Below, piece by piece: positions 25,431-39,096 of a stretch of DNA of 64,000 nucleotides. The stretch spans positions 154,380,001-154,444,000 of the forward strand of contig OX597816.1 of NCBI GenBank assembly GCA_951406725.2. Reading direction: 5' to 3'. Both the position numbers and the translations under genes were made by a program. The notes below the pieces were generated by a model that ran no database searches, was not told the DNA's origin, and worked only from the letters and a program-made list of their open reading frames with translations. The DNA is from Octopus vulgaris. Taxonomy: Eukaryota. Each line of letters begins with the position of its first letter. Position 1 is the first letter of the stretch.

Positions 25431-26384
25431 AAGCCTTCCCCACCACTCATCGTTTCTCTACCACTGATATCTCAGTTACCTCACTAACTGCTGTATTTTG
25501 CTGCTGTACTTAAATGAGAGCAAAACTGCATATTTCATCATCTTTTTCTGTTATACAGATTATCTTTCTCACTTTCCAGAACCACTTCACTTGTCAGCCG
25601 TCCTTCATTCTTAATATTTTAAAATGATCGCCATTCTTCTTGTTATTTTTTAGGCCATAGGTCAGACCTGATGGGGGCACATCCATGGTCAAAAGCATTC
25701 AAACCGACCATGTCATATGTTTTTTCAGATTGTTAACTAGATTAGCCAATGTGTCCTTGCTTTTTAAAAAAAGGCTAGGGTGTAATTGGAGGGTAATTTG
25801 ATTGCTATAGCTAGCAGGTGAGTAAATATACTGAGGATTTCTGTTGTTATTCATGCTGGTATTGGTGGCAATGGTGTTTGTGGTGGAGCCAACACTGTCC
25901 TGGTCTGCAATAATATACTTTTGGAGTGAAAATATGCATTTCACATTCTGGCTGAGGTTAACCAAACTTTGAAGAGAAATGTGACAAAATATACAACTTA
26001 AAACATGTTACTCCACTTTCAGTTAAATATTTGCTGAAAAAGATTTTGTTCCTGTATTTAACAAGTATCAAGTAACAATTTTGACTTGCCTTTATTATTT
26101 ACTGTTGAATTGTGAGAAAAAAATAAACACCTGTTTTTGTGCTCCCATGTCAGAATCTTGAGAAATTCTCATAACGAAACACCATAGGTGTATTTATTTA
26201 TTTTATTAGTTTTATTTGAATTTTTATCACATATTTCTCTGTTAAAAGTAATTAAGACACTTGACACACCATATTTGTAATGTCTTCTTCAAAGTCCAGT
26301 AAAGAGGGGGTGGGGAAATGAGATTTACAGTTTTTTTAACCTTATGAATTTACATAAACCTAAAGACAAGACAAAAAGATTATC

Positions 26385-27695
26385 AAGCATGGGTGTGTGG
26401 CTAAAAAGCAAGCTTTGCAATGAAATGGTTTTGGACTCAGACCCTCTGTTTGGTATCTTGGACAAATGTCTTTTAAACTAAAACCCTGAGCTGACCAACG
26501 CTTTGTGAGTGAATTTATTAGACAGAAATTGCGGAGGCCTGGCAAATGTATGTATGTATGTATGTATGTATGTATGTATGTATGTATGTATGTATGTATG
26601 TATGTATGTATGTACGTATGTATGTATGTAGTGTATGTATGTATGTATGTATGTATGTATGTATGTATACATGTATGTATGTATGTATGTATGTATGTAT
26701 GTATGTATTTATATATGTATTATGTATGTATGTCATTATTCAGTTTATTTCAAGATTTCTTGCCAATAAAGAAAGAACCAGTTTTTAACTTAGATCCAAG
26801 GCTCCTACATTGGAATTTTAACATCAACAACAGGGTATTTGTATGTATGTATGTATGTATGTATGTATGTATGTATGTATGTATGTATGTATGTATGTAT
26901 GTATGTATGTATGTATGTATGTATGTATGTATGTATGTATGTATGTATGTATGTATGTATGTATGTATGTATGTATGTATGTATGTATGTATGTATTTAT
27001 GTATGTATGTATGTATGTATGTATGTATGTATGTATGTCATTATTCAGTTTTGATTCAAGATTTCTTGCCAATAGAGAAAGAGCTGGTGTTTGGGAAATA
27101 AATTATAGGCATAGTATGTTTATAGGGGGAATAAAAGAAACGATTTCCACAAATCCATGTTTCACATATGTACATACATACATGTGGCCGTAGCCAGCGC
27201 TGCCCTGACTGGCCTCCATGCCGGTGGCACGTAAAAAGCACCATCCGATCGTGGCCGTTTGCCAGCCTCGTCTGGCACCTGTGCCGGTGGCATGTAAAAA
27301 GCACCCACTACACTCACAGAGTGGTTGGCGTTAGGAAGGGCATCCAGCTGTAGAAACACTGCCAGATCAGACTGGGCCTGGTGCAGCCTTCTGACTTCCC
27401 AGACCCCAGTTGAACCGTCCAATCCATGCTAGCATGGAAAGCGGACGTTAAACGATGATGATGATGATGATGATGTATGTGTGCTAGTGTTTGTGTTTGT
27501 TCCCCACTACCATTTGACAACTGGCTTTGGTTTATCATAACTTTGCTATCTGCTAAAGAGACACTGATATAATAAGTGCCAGTTTTAAAAATAAGTTTCG
27601 GGGTCAATTGCTTCAACTAAAACCCCTCAAAATAGTGCTCTAGCATGATCACAGTCCAATGACTGAAGCAAGTAAAAGATAAAAGACAAAAGATA
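26385..27695 (+). mobile_element. tRNA-derived SINE split by nested insertions in its central microsatellite
   Basis: 5' half at 26385-26545 and 3' half at 27478-27695. Between them are (TATG)n, two copies of a short repeat and an RTE tail (27188-27474). Confidence 0.6.
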
Positions 27696-28594
27696 AACCA
27701 CTGTATGATAAATTAAAACTTGTGTCCAATGAAGCTGGTTTGTGTTGGAAAAAATCTGTAAATAAAGTTTGCAAATTTGAACAGAACTGTCACTCCATTG
27801 GTTACAATGATGAAAGTTCCAGTTAATCTAATCAACAGAACAGCCTGCTCATGAATGTAATGTGCAAGTGGCTGAGTACTCCACAGACATGCATACTCTT
27901 AATGTAGTTCTCAGGGAGAGTTAGTGTAATACAGAATGTGACAAGGCTGCCCCTTTTAAAATACAAATACTACTCATTTTTGCCAGCTGATTGGACTGGA
28001 GCAATAAGAAATGTGCTGCTATGTATTGAACTCATGACCTTATGATTGTGAGATGAATACCCTAACCACTATGTCAGGCGTCTTCACAAATTTAAACATA
28101 CTTGTATATGGTAGCTATGATATAAGTTCTAAAGCTTCAGGCACCAACCAATTAGCATAATGTTACCCAAAACACACTTCAGCTTTTGGTTCACAGGTGT
28201 TCACAGTCCTCTTTTTGTCTTTTCTACTCTTACTATAATAGTCTCTGCTCATTGAAGCTAACTGCACTCATATTGTCTTCACTCAAGCAATCCCACCCAA
28301 GTCACCTCTCCTCTCATCATTTTTATAGCAACCAACTCTACCAATCAGGCCTCTCTCAAATCACTACACCTTGACTACATTTTACAGAATATCAGACCCT
28401 GAAATACTCTCCCTGCTCATTTCTTTCCTACAGGTGTTGAGTGACAAAGGTTCAAGAAGAACATTGATTGTCATATCATTCTTTCCAGAACCCCTCGGAC
28501 CTCCTAGACTGATGGGATTGATGCCATCAATGTTCTTCTCAAATGTTAATGACATCATAGGTATAGGTGAGGCTATAAACATATGCATGGCTTA

Positions 28595-28765
28595 TAGGTG
28601 TATGCATAGGTACGTGCCTGGGAAATTTGCTTCCCAATCATGCAGTCTTGGGTTCAGCCCCATTGCATACCACCTTGGGCAAATGTCTTTTACAATAGTC
28701 TTGGGCTGACCAAAGTCTTTTGAGTGGATTTGGTAGATGGAAACTTAAAAAGGCCTGTTCATGTG
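28595..28765 (+). mobile_element. 5' half of tRNA-derived SINE
   Basis: gggttcagcccc...ccttgggcaaatgtc...gagtggatttggtagatggaaact, then (TG)n. Confidence 0.7.
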
Positions 28766-28814
28766 TGTCCATGTGTGTGTGTGTGAGTGAGTGTATGTGT
28801 ATATGTGTGTGTAT

Positions 28815-28879
<65 letters not shown>

Positions 28880-29431
28880 TGTGAGCATGAGTGTGTCTCT
28901 ACTGGTGGCTACTTTGTTATCATATACCAACAATGAACCACTCATCAATTTTACAATGCTGTCACTATTTAAAGTCATTAATTATTTTGTCAGTTGGGCA
29001 GGTGGTGGTAGTGGGGGCTCTGTATGGCTGCTCAACTTGTTAGAAATAGCAGCTTAATTTGCTTGCAGTCATATCCTGCTATCTTGAATAAGGACAGGAC
29101 ACATTGAATATGTAGTGTCCTAGAAAAGGGTTAGGGTTAGAGTTAGGTCATTGGTCATAAGTATCTTTTCGGGTTGTGCTGTCCTAGAACTAAACAGCAA
29201 TGACAACAACAATGAATGATACCAATTTGCAGCAGCTAGTTATAGTTTAGCCCCATGTCAATCCCAGTCAAGCAGGTCCATGACTTTAAGACAATATAAT
29301 TCAAAACATAATTCAATATATCTTTCCTATCATGGCAACCGAATAATTGTCACATATTATATTACAAATAAATTCCTCTATTTATATAATATTGAAGTCT
29401 CTTCCATTCTTTTGTCTTACCATTACTATTA

Positions 29432-29932
29432 ATTGGCATCCATGCTACTGGGGCGCTAAGAGCACCATCCGAGCATGATTGTTGACAGAGCGGCTAACTG
29501 GCTTCTGTGCCGGTGGCACGTAAAAGGCACCGTTCAGGTGTGATTGTTACCAGCATCACCTTACTGGCTCTTGTGCCCCATGCTAGTGGGGTGCTAAGAG
29601 CACCATCCGAGCATGATCATTGCCAGAGCGACTAACTGGCTTCCGTGCTGGTGGCATGTAAAAGGTACCATTCGAGCATGATTGTTACCAGCGTTGCCTT
29701 ACTGATTGCCAGTACCACCTGACTGGCCCCCGTGCCAGTGGCACGTAAAAGCACCTACTACACTCTCAGAGTAGTTGGCATTAGGAAGGGCATCCAGCTG
29801 TAGAAACTCTGCCAGATCAAGATTGGAGCCTGGTGCAGCCATCTGGTTCGCCAGCCCTCAGTCAAAATCGTCCAACCCATGCTAGCATGGAAAGCGGATG
29901 GTAAACGATGACGATGATGATGATGATGATGA
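29432..29932 (+). mobile_element. RTE 3'UTR with duplicated internal block and (GAT)n
   Basis: Same motifs as the other copies; the internal block is duplicated. Confidence 0.85.
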
Positions 29933-31150
29933 TATATAATAAACACAGTATGTTTTTATGTGCTACTATCATTGTATTTGTTTATGTTGATTTTTTAGAT
30001 GTTTCTCTAGACCTGAACTCCTCCTATAAACCTTACCATAAGTTTAATGAGAAACTTTCCTATATACATAAACAATCTTGTCACCTTGCTGTAGTATTCA
30101 AAAATCTGACAGTTAACATTAGTAATAGAGTTTCTAACCTCTCTTCCTCTAAAGAAATCTTTGAGAAGGCAGGTCCCAACTATAACAATGCCCTAGCCAA
30201 TAGTGGATTTAAGGATAAATTAATATAAATTATCATATAGCTGCCGCCCCAATATGAAAAACATCCTTACATGAGAACAACACCAAGAGGCCACTCCCAG
30301 TTGTAACTGGCGAGCCCCAGGAACTTGTCCACTTGACCAAGGATATATGATTAAATCTGTTATATTTGAGGCAGAAGTTATAGCAATGCTAAATGATAAT
30401 ACAATTGATGAGAAGAGCTTCATGTGACTTTGCGAAGGCTAATTCAAAAATCATTAGGCTAATCACGTGCCTTCCTTCTAACAGTAACAAAAGTAAAGCT
30501 ACAAAGTTGGCTAGCCATGAATGGGGTTTGAAGTCACACACTTCACAACTTATGATAAAGTGGAAAATAGTTGAACAATCCATACCATATGTTAATGGAT
30601 CAAAAAAATGTAAGCTATGAATAACTGAAAGAATTCAGATACTTTTCAGATCTCAAAATTCTGCCACACTGCTGAATTCTGGATCCATAATTTTCAGTGG
30701 TTGTTAGCATAGGTGTAAGTTCCTGTTGATGAATTGGAAAGTGCTAACCTCTCTGGATTGAATAACTGTACCATAGACTCTGAGCCATTATCTTTTCAGC
30801 CTTATACTTTACGGTCCAAGGGGAAATAACTCTAATTCTTCCCTTTGCTTCTTTCTGTTTTCTTTTTTGCTTTCTGGTTTTTCAACCTTCCACCTTTTAT
30901 ATCTACTTCTTTCTCACATTTTCTCTTGTCCTATCACCCCATTGCTAATTTGTTATGCCATGTGAGCAGTGCCTGAAGATTGTGCTAGGACACCAGACGT
31001 TAAAGAATACTGTGTGGTATGCTCTCAGCACATGAAACTAGTAGTAGCACATAAAATCATATATTGTGTTTATTAAATAACATTTATCTCTCACCAGATG
31101 GAGTACTTTCTTTATTGATCTTACCATCATGGAACAGTACACTATATATA
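29933..31150 (+). mobile_element. Penelope-like retroelement fragment (RT C-terminus, GIY-YIG region, pLTR) with short 5' inverted pLTR
   Basis: VDFLDVSLDL..SYKPYHK...YIHKQSCH...RVSNLSSSKEIF...YNNALANSGF, then CN...CPL...ATKLASHEWGLK...IKWKIV...Y.NGSKKCKL...C.HRCKFLL. 29933-29966 is the reverse complement of ~31042-31079. Confidence 0.9.
30969..31050 (+). ncRNA. Type I hammerhead ribozyme motif in Penelope pLTR
   Basis: gtgc CTGAAGA t tgtgct...agcaca t GAAAC tagta GTA gcac: stem I gtgc/gcac, stem II tgtgct/agcaca. Confidence 0.75.
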
Positions 31151-31770
31151 TATATATTATTACATGTATACATGTGTATGTGTTTGTGTCTCCTTGTTTT
31201 GATAGTTGTAATGAGTATCACTGTCATACAAGCAGTGTCATTTCATATCCAGTACTCTGAAAAAAACATGCCTGGCCATAGGAAAGTATTACCTTGTTTG
31301 GAAATAGGTGGGTGTTGATGACAGGAATAGTAAATATCATAGAAAACATGCCTCAGTAAACTCTGTCTGACCTCATGGTAAAAAAGAATGCTAAAAACGA
31401 TGATGATGAAGTAGAACTATTCTTTCTTTTTATGTTCCAGAAATCTAAGTTTGTTATAAAAGGAATTATTTAATACTCTAGAAATTCAGAAATGATAAAA
31501 ACTGCAGGACAACCAACAAAATCTAAAATTAGTTGAATGACTCAACCTCTTGGTTTACAAATAATAAATGATCGTTTCAGTTTACTTTGTAAATGGTCTT
31601 CCTTTTTATCCTTTCTTTTGACATTTTTTTCTCACCTGATAATTAACTGTTTTTCAGATAGGAGACTTCAGTAAGTCAACCACTACCATATCTTTTCACA
31701 AAGTTATTACGGTTGTTGCTATCGCTGCAGTTACGACAACAAGTGCTACTGTTGTTGTTGCTGCTATTAT

Positions 31771-31872
31771 TGTCATAGGTAGTATTGGTCAAAATACAGC
31801 AATTTTGCCTATTCAGTTTTTTGTCGTAGGTAGTATTGGTCAAAATACAGCAATTTTGCCTATTCAGTTTTT
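31771..31872. repeat. 51-bp tandem duplication
   Basis: Two copies differing at one position. Confidence 0.9.
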
Positions 31873-32008
31873 TGTTTTCCTATCTCTCTCTTCAAAAATA
31901 ATGCTTTCCAGTTCTAATTTGGATGATATAAACAAAAGACAATCAATTTATGCTGTATTTGACTTACAATAGTAGTGGTAGTAGAGGTGATAGTAGTGAT
32001 AGTAGTGA

Positions 32009-32056
<48 letters not shown>

Positions 32057-34762
32057 TAGCAGCAGCTGTTGTTGTAGCTGTGGCAGTGATAGTGGTGGAG
32101 GGGGCAGCAGTGACAGTAGTGGTAGTAGTGGTGATAATAGAAACAATTATAAAGCTATTATTTTTCAGTAAGTGTTATTTTTCATTGTCTAGGGATTAAG
32201 TGTTTGTCTCGTGAATGTAAGGATGATTTCTGAAGTGGGGTGCACATTGTGTTCTTCAGCAAGTTACTTCATTTCACATTGCTCCAATCTACTCATCTGA
32301 AAATGAGTACCAGATGATTGCTAGTGCAGCTCTTTTTTCCTCCAGCTGTCTGTTCCTCAGCATTCTGCTGAATCAAAAGGGAGAGGATTTAGACAGTATC
32401 TATGTCTCCTTATGGATTCATTGACACCTAAAACAACTAATTAAAGCATAGTAGAAACTTCTAAGTCATACCTACTTGCAAGAGATATCTAGGCTTCACT
32501 TTTCAATGTGTGCAAGGATTTGCTTTGGCTTATATTTTCCATTGTTTTGACAGTACCTATGTAATAAATGTGTTATCTCATTGTATATATATTTCCAAGT
32601 CCCACAGTTATGCACTTGGCAGCACCTTTTTAACCCTTTTGCTGTGGAAATCAGATATATCCACACAAAATTTCATTTCCTTTAATTGCAGAAAGCAGTT
32701 TTATATACCAATCTTTTTTTTGTTGAATAATATCATGTTTGAAACTAGTTTCTGTTTAGCTAGGTTGAGTTTATGGAGGTAACATTACAGAATGACTGCT
32801 TCAAAGTTGGAAAGAAGAGATTTTCCCACCATGCTGGCTGCAGTTGCTTCAACAAACAAACCCTTTACTTCTTTTTAAACAAGAAACAGAATTCTAAAAA
32901 AATCAATGAAAATAAACCAAACATACAGACAGAAAGCATTAAGCTAACATATTAGAACTTACACATTAGAAGACAAAAAATAATAGTGTTGAAGACATTA
33001 ATTTAAATGAAAAAAAAAAGCAGGATGGGCTCTAATAACAACTCCACAAACATGAACAAGCAAGTTCAAGGTTTAAGCAAAAGGAAAAGAAGCGAACAAG
33101 GTATGTCACAAATGACAATACTCCAAAGAATTTATCTGGGAAAGTGTGAGAAGGAAAGTGACATATTTTGGTTTTCCAAAAGCATTTTGAAGGGCTTCCA
33201 CAGACCCTTGAGTTAGAGGGGATTCTTACCAGCATGTGGCAGGATATATAAGCTGTCAACAAAAGTAAGGTGTATAGCAGATATACTTGTATTTTTGAAA
33301 CCTAGGATGAACTGGTGAATTACATAGGTTAGTTCCATAGTCTGCATGTCTCAGGAACACTAGCATCATGGTCAGAAGGATGGACATCTTGCTTTGCTGA
33401 TTCCTTTGCACAACAGTATAGGTATATGTACCTATTCTGCTCTCAGGAGATAATAGTAGCTGAATAAGATCAGAGTTAAAGAAGTGATGAATGTAGGGAA
33501 TGAGATGTTGGGGAAGCTTGACAGGGCAGTAAGAATGAAGGCGGGATAGAACTTCACGCAGCCAAGTATTTACCAAGGTGATTTTAGGATATTAATTCTG
33601 TTGTGATGGATAAGTTTTCTCAAGCACAGCAAGGTGCCAGATATATCAGTCCTTTGTCATCTTCTACTTAAAGCTCAACAGCTTGTGATCAGTTCTCAAT
33701 ACTTTGTCCCACATCTTCCTGGGTCTTCCTCTTCCCAAATTCCATCCACTTTAAGTGATTAACACTTCTTTATACAACTCTCCTCATCCATAGTTCCTTT
33801 TCTGAAGCTAAATCTTGCAAATGCTAACTGTTAGCTGATTGGTGAAATCTATGTTTGTGATTTTCATTACATCCAGTTTGCATATTCAAATCTCTTATCA
33901 TCAAGACATTATGTTTGGGTACCTCATGAGTGAATGAGGCGAGTTCCTGAAAGACATCTACTTCTTCATTTCATTATACATTGGAGAGTTGCAGGAAATT
34001 ACTATAATACAAAGATTTCCATTGAAAATGGCAATTATTATTTTAGGGAGAATCTTTTCTCTTCTATTTAATGAATGCAATTTAATGACTTTTCTTTGCT
34101 ATTTAACCTTATCAGCACAGCAGTTGTCCTACTTTGATTGTTGTCAGAGATAAAATTTAGACACAAAAAGAGAACAAAACATTTATAGATCAGAGTTATT
34201 TGCAGCTTACACTGCAAAATCAGTATAGAATTTCTAAACTACACTTTTTCTAATATCGAACACACATCAGTCTCAGTGGACCAGAGACTGACTTTGAAGA
34301 GGAAGGAAGTGACTCACTTATTGTTATATTAAGGGTATTTATTTGCAAAGGGACCCTCAGTGAAGATGCAATCTATTATTTGTAATGATCTTGAAAGTTC
34401 TAGTTGTGTGCTTTCCATGTTTAGAGATGGGAGATGAAGTGCAATGATATTTTCTTCATATGTGTACTGGTTAGGTCTTTGTATTGTTGAAGGAAACAAG
34501 ATTGGTATGACAGCATTGGAGGATGTTGTCAGTCACATATGAAAAAAAAAGAAACATGAAAAATTCCTTTAAAAAACCTTGAAATAGAATTTAGATAAAA
34601 TACTTCTGAGTGTGTATTTTTGTTTAACTTAATACTCTTTTATTGTTATTGTTATGAGTGCTGCAGGATAAATAATCTTGTGCTGGAGGGGGTGGGGGGG
34701 TTAATGTTATCATAGAAACTATAAATCTTTGCCAAACTATAAATCGTAAGGTGACATGCCAT

Positions 34763-35225
34763 GATTGAGGAGGCCTATCGAGTCAAGTACATCAACATCA
34801 AATGAAATGAAATCACAATCAAATGGAAATTGTAGTTGTGGCACGTAAAAAGCACCATACAAACATGTCGAGGCCAGCCCCCTCATCCTGACTGGCTTCT
34901 GTGCTGGTGGCACATTTAAAGCACCATCCCAACATGGCCAATGCCAGCACCGCCTTGACTAGCTCCTGTATTGGTGGCATGTAAAAAGCACCATCTGATC
35001 GTGGTTGATGCTATCCCCCTCTGGCCCCTGTGCTGGTGGTACGTAAAAAGCACCCACTACACTCTCAGAGTGGTTGGTGTTAGGAAGGGTATCCAGCTGT
35101 AGAAACATTGCCAGATCAGACTGGAGTCTGTGCAGCCTCCTGGCTTTCCAGACCCTTGTCGAACCATCCAACCCATGCCAGCATGGAAGACGGACATTAA
35201 CTGATGATGATGATGATGATGGTGA
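34763..35225 (+). mobile_element. RTE 3'UTR (variant subfamily) with (GAT)n
   Basis: Shared tail motifs; the 5' part matches the reverse copy at 63500-63570. Confidence 0.8.
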
Positions 35226-35247
35226 TATAGTTATATATATATATATA

Positions 35248-35643
35248 CTAGCAGTATTGCCCGGCGTTGCTCGGGTTTGTAAGGGAAATAACCATATAAG
35301 CATTTTTAGAGAGTTATAGCCAAAAAATAGCAAAAAAATGCATTAAAAATGGAAAAAAAATGATGGTAAATTTTTTTAAAAATCGTTGACTCATCGTAGA
35401 CATTTTTAGAGAGTTACTTCCTTATATAATAGCGAAAAATGCATTAAAATGGAAAAAAATGATGGTAAATTTTTTTTAAAATCATAGACTCATCGTAGAC
35501 ACGTGCTAATACCCAGAAGGGCTCGATATGAATCACGACTATAAGATACCCGCTTTTGGTTAAACTGCACCGCAAAATGTGGGAGTAGTTAGGAATCTAA
35601 ATCGTAGGAGATAGACACACAACTCCTCTTTTATATATAAAGA
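35248..35643 (-). mobile_element. Non-autonomous Helitron
   Basis: Minus strand: A|TCTTTATATATAAAA...hairpin CCCGAGCAACGCCGGG...CTAG|T. Contains an internal tandem duplication. Confidence 0.85.
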
Positions 35644-35716
35644 TATATATATAGCAGCTAAGCCCTGTTTCACCCAGTTGGTTTGGATGATGATGATGAT
35701 GATATATGTGTGTGTG

Positions 35717-36457
<741 letters not shown>

Positions 36458-37022
36458 TACTCACACACACACACATCATTTATGTGTGTGTGTGTGTGTG
36501 TGTGTGCATGCATGCATGCACGTGTGTGTGTGTGTGTGTGTGCATGCATGCATGCACGTGTGTGTGTGTGTGTGTGCATGTGTGTATGTATGCATAAAGT
36601 ATGTATATAGACTATACATATTAATACATACCCACACATGTATATGAGCACTTTAGTGACCAGATACTACATTCAGATGTAATAAGATGTGAAGTACTAG
36701 TGTATGTCTCTTCCACATAGATAGCATAAGTTTTTTAAGTTTACTAGCATTTAATTTCCTATACCTACCAGCAAAACACTATAAGCATATTTTTACTGCC
36801 TCAGTGAGACAAGACTTTTTTGGCTTTATATAAAAACTGCTAATTTTATTTCTTTTATTCTTCATGTCTATTTCATATCAACCACTCAAGGCCTGCATTA
36901 TTTATACAATGGTTTCACAAAATTTTACCCATTGCTGCTGCTGGAGCTGGAGACTAGTAACAAAACAAAATATCCCAATGTCCTGGATTGTCAGATATAC
37001 ATGTATTTTCTTTATACATGTA

Positions 37023-37868
37023 TATGAGGTTTGATCAATAAGTATCCGGACTGCTGCCATAGTAAGGAAGTTAAAGCATGCAAAGTGAAACTGCTCAGCA
37101 AAGGTTGAACTGGAACTCTGCAGTGAATGCACAGTAAGTTTTAATGTTCTAGCTCACTTCTGCTATTTACAGCAGTGCTTGGAAGGAAGGTGTGTAGCAT
37201 GTGATCATTGCATTGACCATGATAGAGAAAGTTATCATGGCGATACCTGCTCAGAGGCCTATACAAAGTTACAGAAAGTGTATGGAGAGGAGTGTATGAG
37301 CTGCACACAAGTGTATGAATGGTTCAGACATTTACGAGATGGCCAAAAAAATGTCGATATTGACGAATATTCTAACAGACCCGCAATCAGCAGAACTGAG
37401 AAAACTATCGCAGATGTGCATGCAGCTGTGAGGGAAAAATCATTGAATCACCATCTGTGAGCTATCAAAGAATGTGCAGAATAGTTACGGTTCAGTTCAG
37501 TCCATTATCACTGAAGATTTGGGTATGAGACGCATGTCTGCCAAGTTTGTGCCAAAACTGCTTTCAGCTGACCAAAAAGACACAGGTTTCAGTTGCACAA
37601 GATCTCCTTGATTGTGTTGAGAACAATGAAAACTTTTTGAAAACTTTCCATAGGCCTCTGAGCAGGTATTGCCCAGCTTTTGGCAAAATTTGATGCAGAT
37701 TCTCTGCTCAACTTTCTCTGCATTGGTCAATGCGATGATCACACATTACACACCTTCTTCCCAAGCACTGCTGTAAACAGTGGAAGTGAACTAGAACATT
37801 AAAACTTGATGCACATGCACAGCAGAGTTCAAGGTCAATCTATGCCAAGCAGCTTCACTCTGCATGCT
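37023..37868 (+). mobile_element. Mariner derivative made of two inverted 5' ends
   Basis: Transposase N-terminus EQRICIKFC...VYEWFR...DLGMRRMSAKFVPKLL. ~37075-37270 is mirrored by 37642-37868. Confidence 0.85.
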
Positions 37869-38066
37869 ATGATCAGACCAAGTATTCAGGTTTTACCTTG
37901 TCTGTTCTTTCCTTCAAATAGACATTGGTCGAAGCTCTAACTAATCATCAATTAGTTATCAAGTACTCTCTCTCTCCCAGTGAACAAATATCTTATTTTA
38001 GATGAGTTAAGATGTACCTTGTGAAGTACATATGTATCTATTTATTACACACTCTCAAGCATCTAC

Positions 38067-38097
<31 letters not shown>

Positions 38098-39096
38098 TGT
38101 ATGTATGTATGTATGTATGTATGTATGTATGTATGTATGTATGTATGTATGTATGTATGTATGCTTGAATGTATGTATGCATGTACGTATATATTAATTT
38201 ATGTATGTATGTATGTGTATGTATGCCTGTCTGTCTATTTATGAGTATGTGTGAATATGTGTGTGTGTATGTGTATATATATATGGATATATGTTTATAT
38301 ACACATATATATACATAGTTTTTATATATATGTATACACACACATATAAATGTATGTATTTATATCTTCACCTTTTCTTATAATATAAAAAAAATTTCAT
38401 ACTTAACCTTAAATTGAATATATATCTTTTAAATAAAAAAGAAAAATCTCATTTCATCTTATGATTTAAAATTTAATGATAAATATCTAAAAAGGTCATA
38501 GTAGTAGTTTTAATGTTACAAACCCTACAGATTTAAAATGAAAAATAGTGAAGAAGAAAATAATGTTGAGGTGTGCAAAAATTAAAGAAGAAATTATATC
38601 AAGTTTACTCTTTCACATTCAAGAACTTTGAAGAAAAAAAATAATCAAACACATTTTTATCTGGAATGGTTTTTAGCTGGAGATGCTAGCAAGATGAAAA
38701 GAAATCAAGTGGAATAATACTACTGAAGAGACATGAAAAAAAAAAGATTTTTCATCTAAATGTCTAGGCTAAGCTGGAATTAATAAGACTCCATACCCAC
38801 ACCCACCACCATCACCATTGTCGTTGTCATTTTCATTTCCACTTTTCCATGCTTACATGGATCAGACTATAATTTTGCATGTTATTCAATCTTATTTTTG
38901 AAGAACATCAACATAGGTGCAGTCATGGCTGTATAGATACAGAGTCTACTTTGTAATCACATACTTCCTGGTACTATCCTACTGTGTGGCATCTGGGATG
39001 AGTGTCATTGAATAGTGAGAGAGGGGTTCTAAGTGTGACAAATTGACACACAGAAATTAGTTTTCGCATCTATTATATTATATTATATATATATAA

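Noticed and set aside
27219-27242. Resemblance of the RTE 3'UTR unit to the 5' part of a pistol ribozyme
   Set aside because: Only a hairpin plus A-rich linker matches; I could not find the remaining stems or the cleavage-site context.
28371-28709. 112-aa ORF with acceptor-like sites
   Set aside because: Its 3' part runs into a SINE, and the opposite strand loosely resembles an RTE endonuclease segment; no recognisable host protein.
29128-29147. Telomere-like (GGGTTA) repeats
   Set aside because: Only about three imperfect units inside a dispersed repeat.
33256-33600. 106-aa minus-strand ORF, possibly a CR1-like 3' relic
   Set aside because: Similarity too weak to call by eye.
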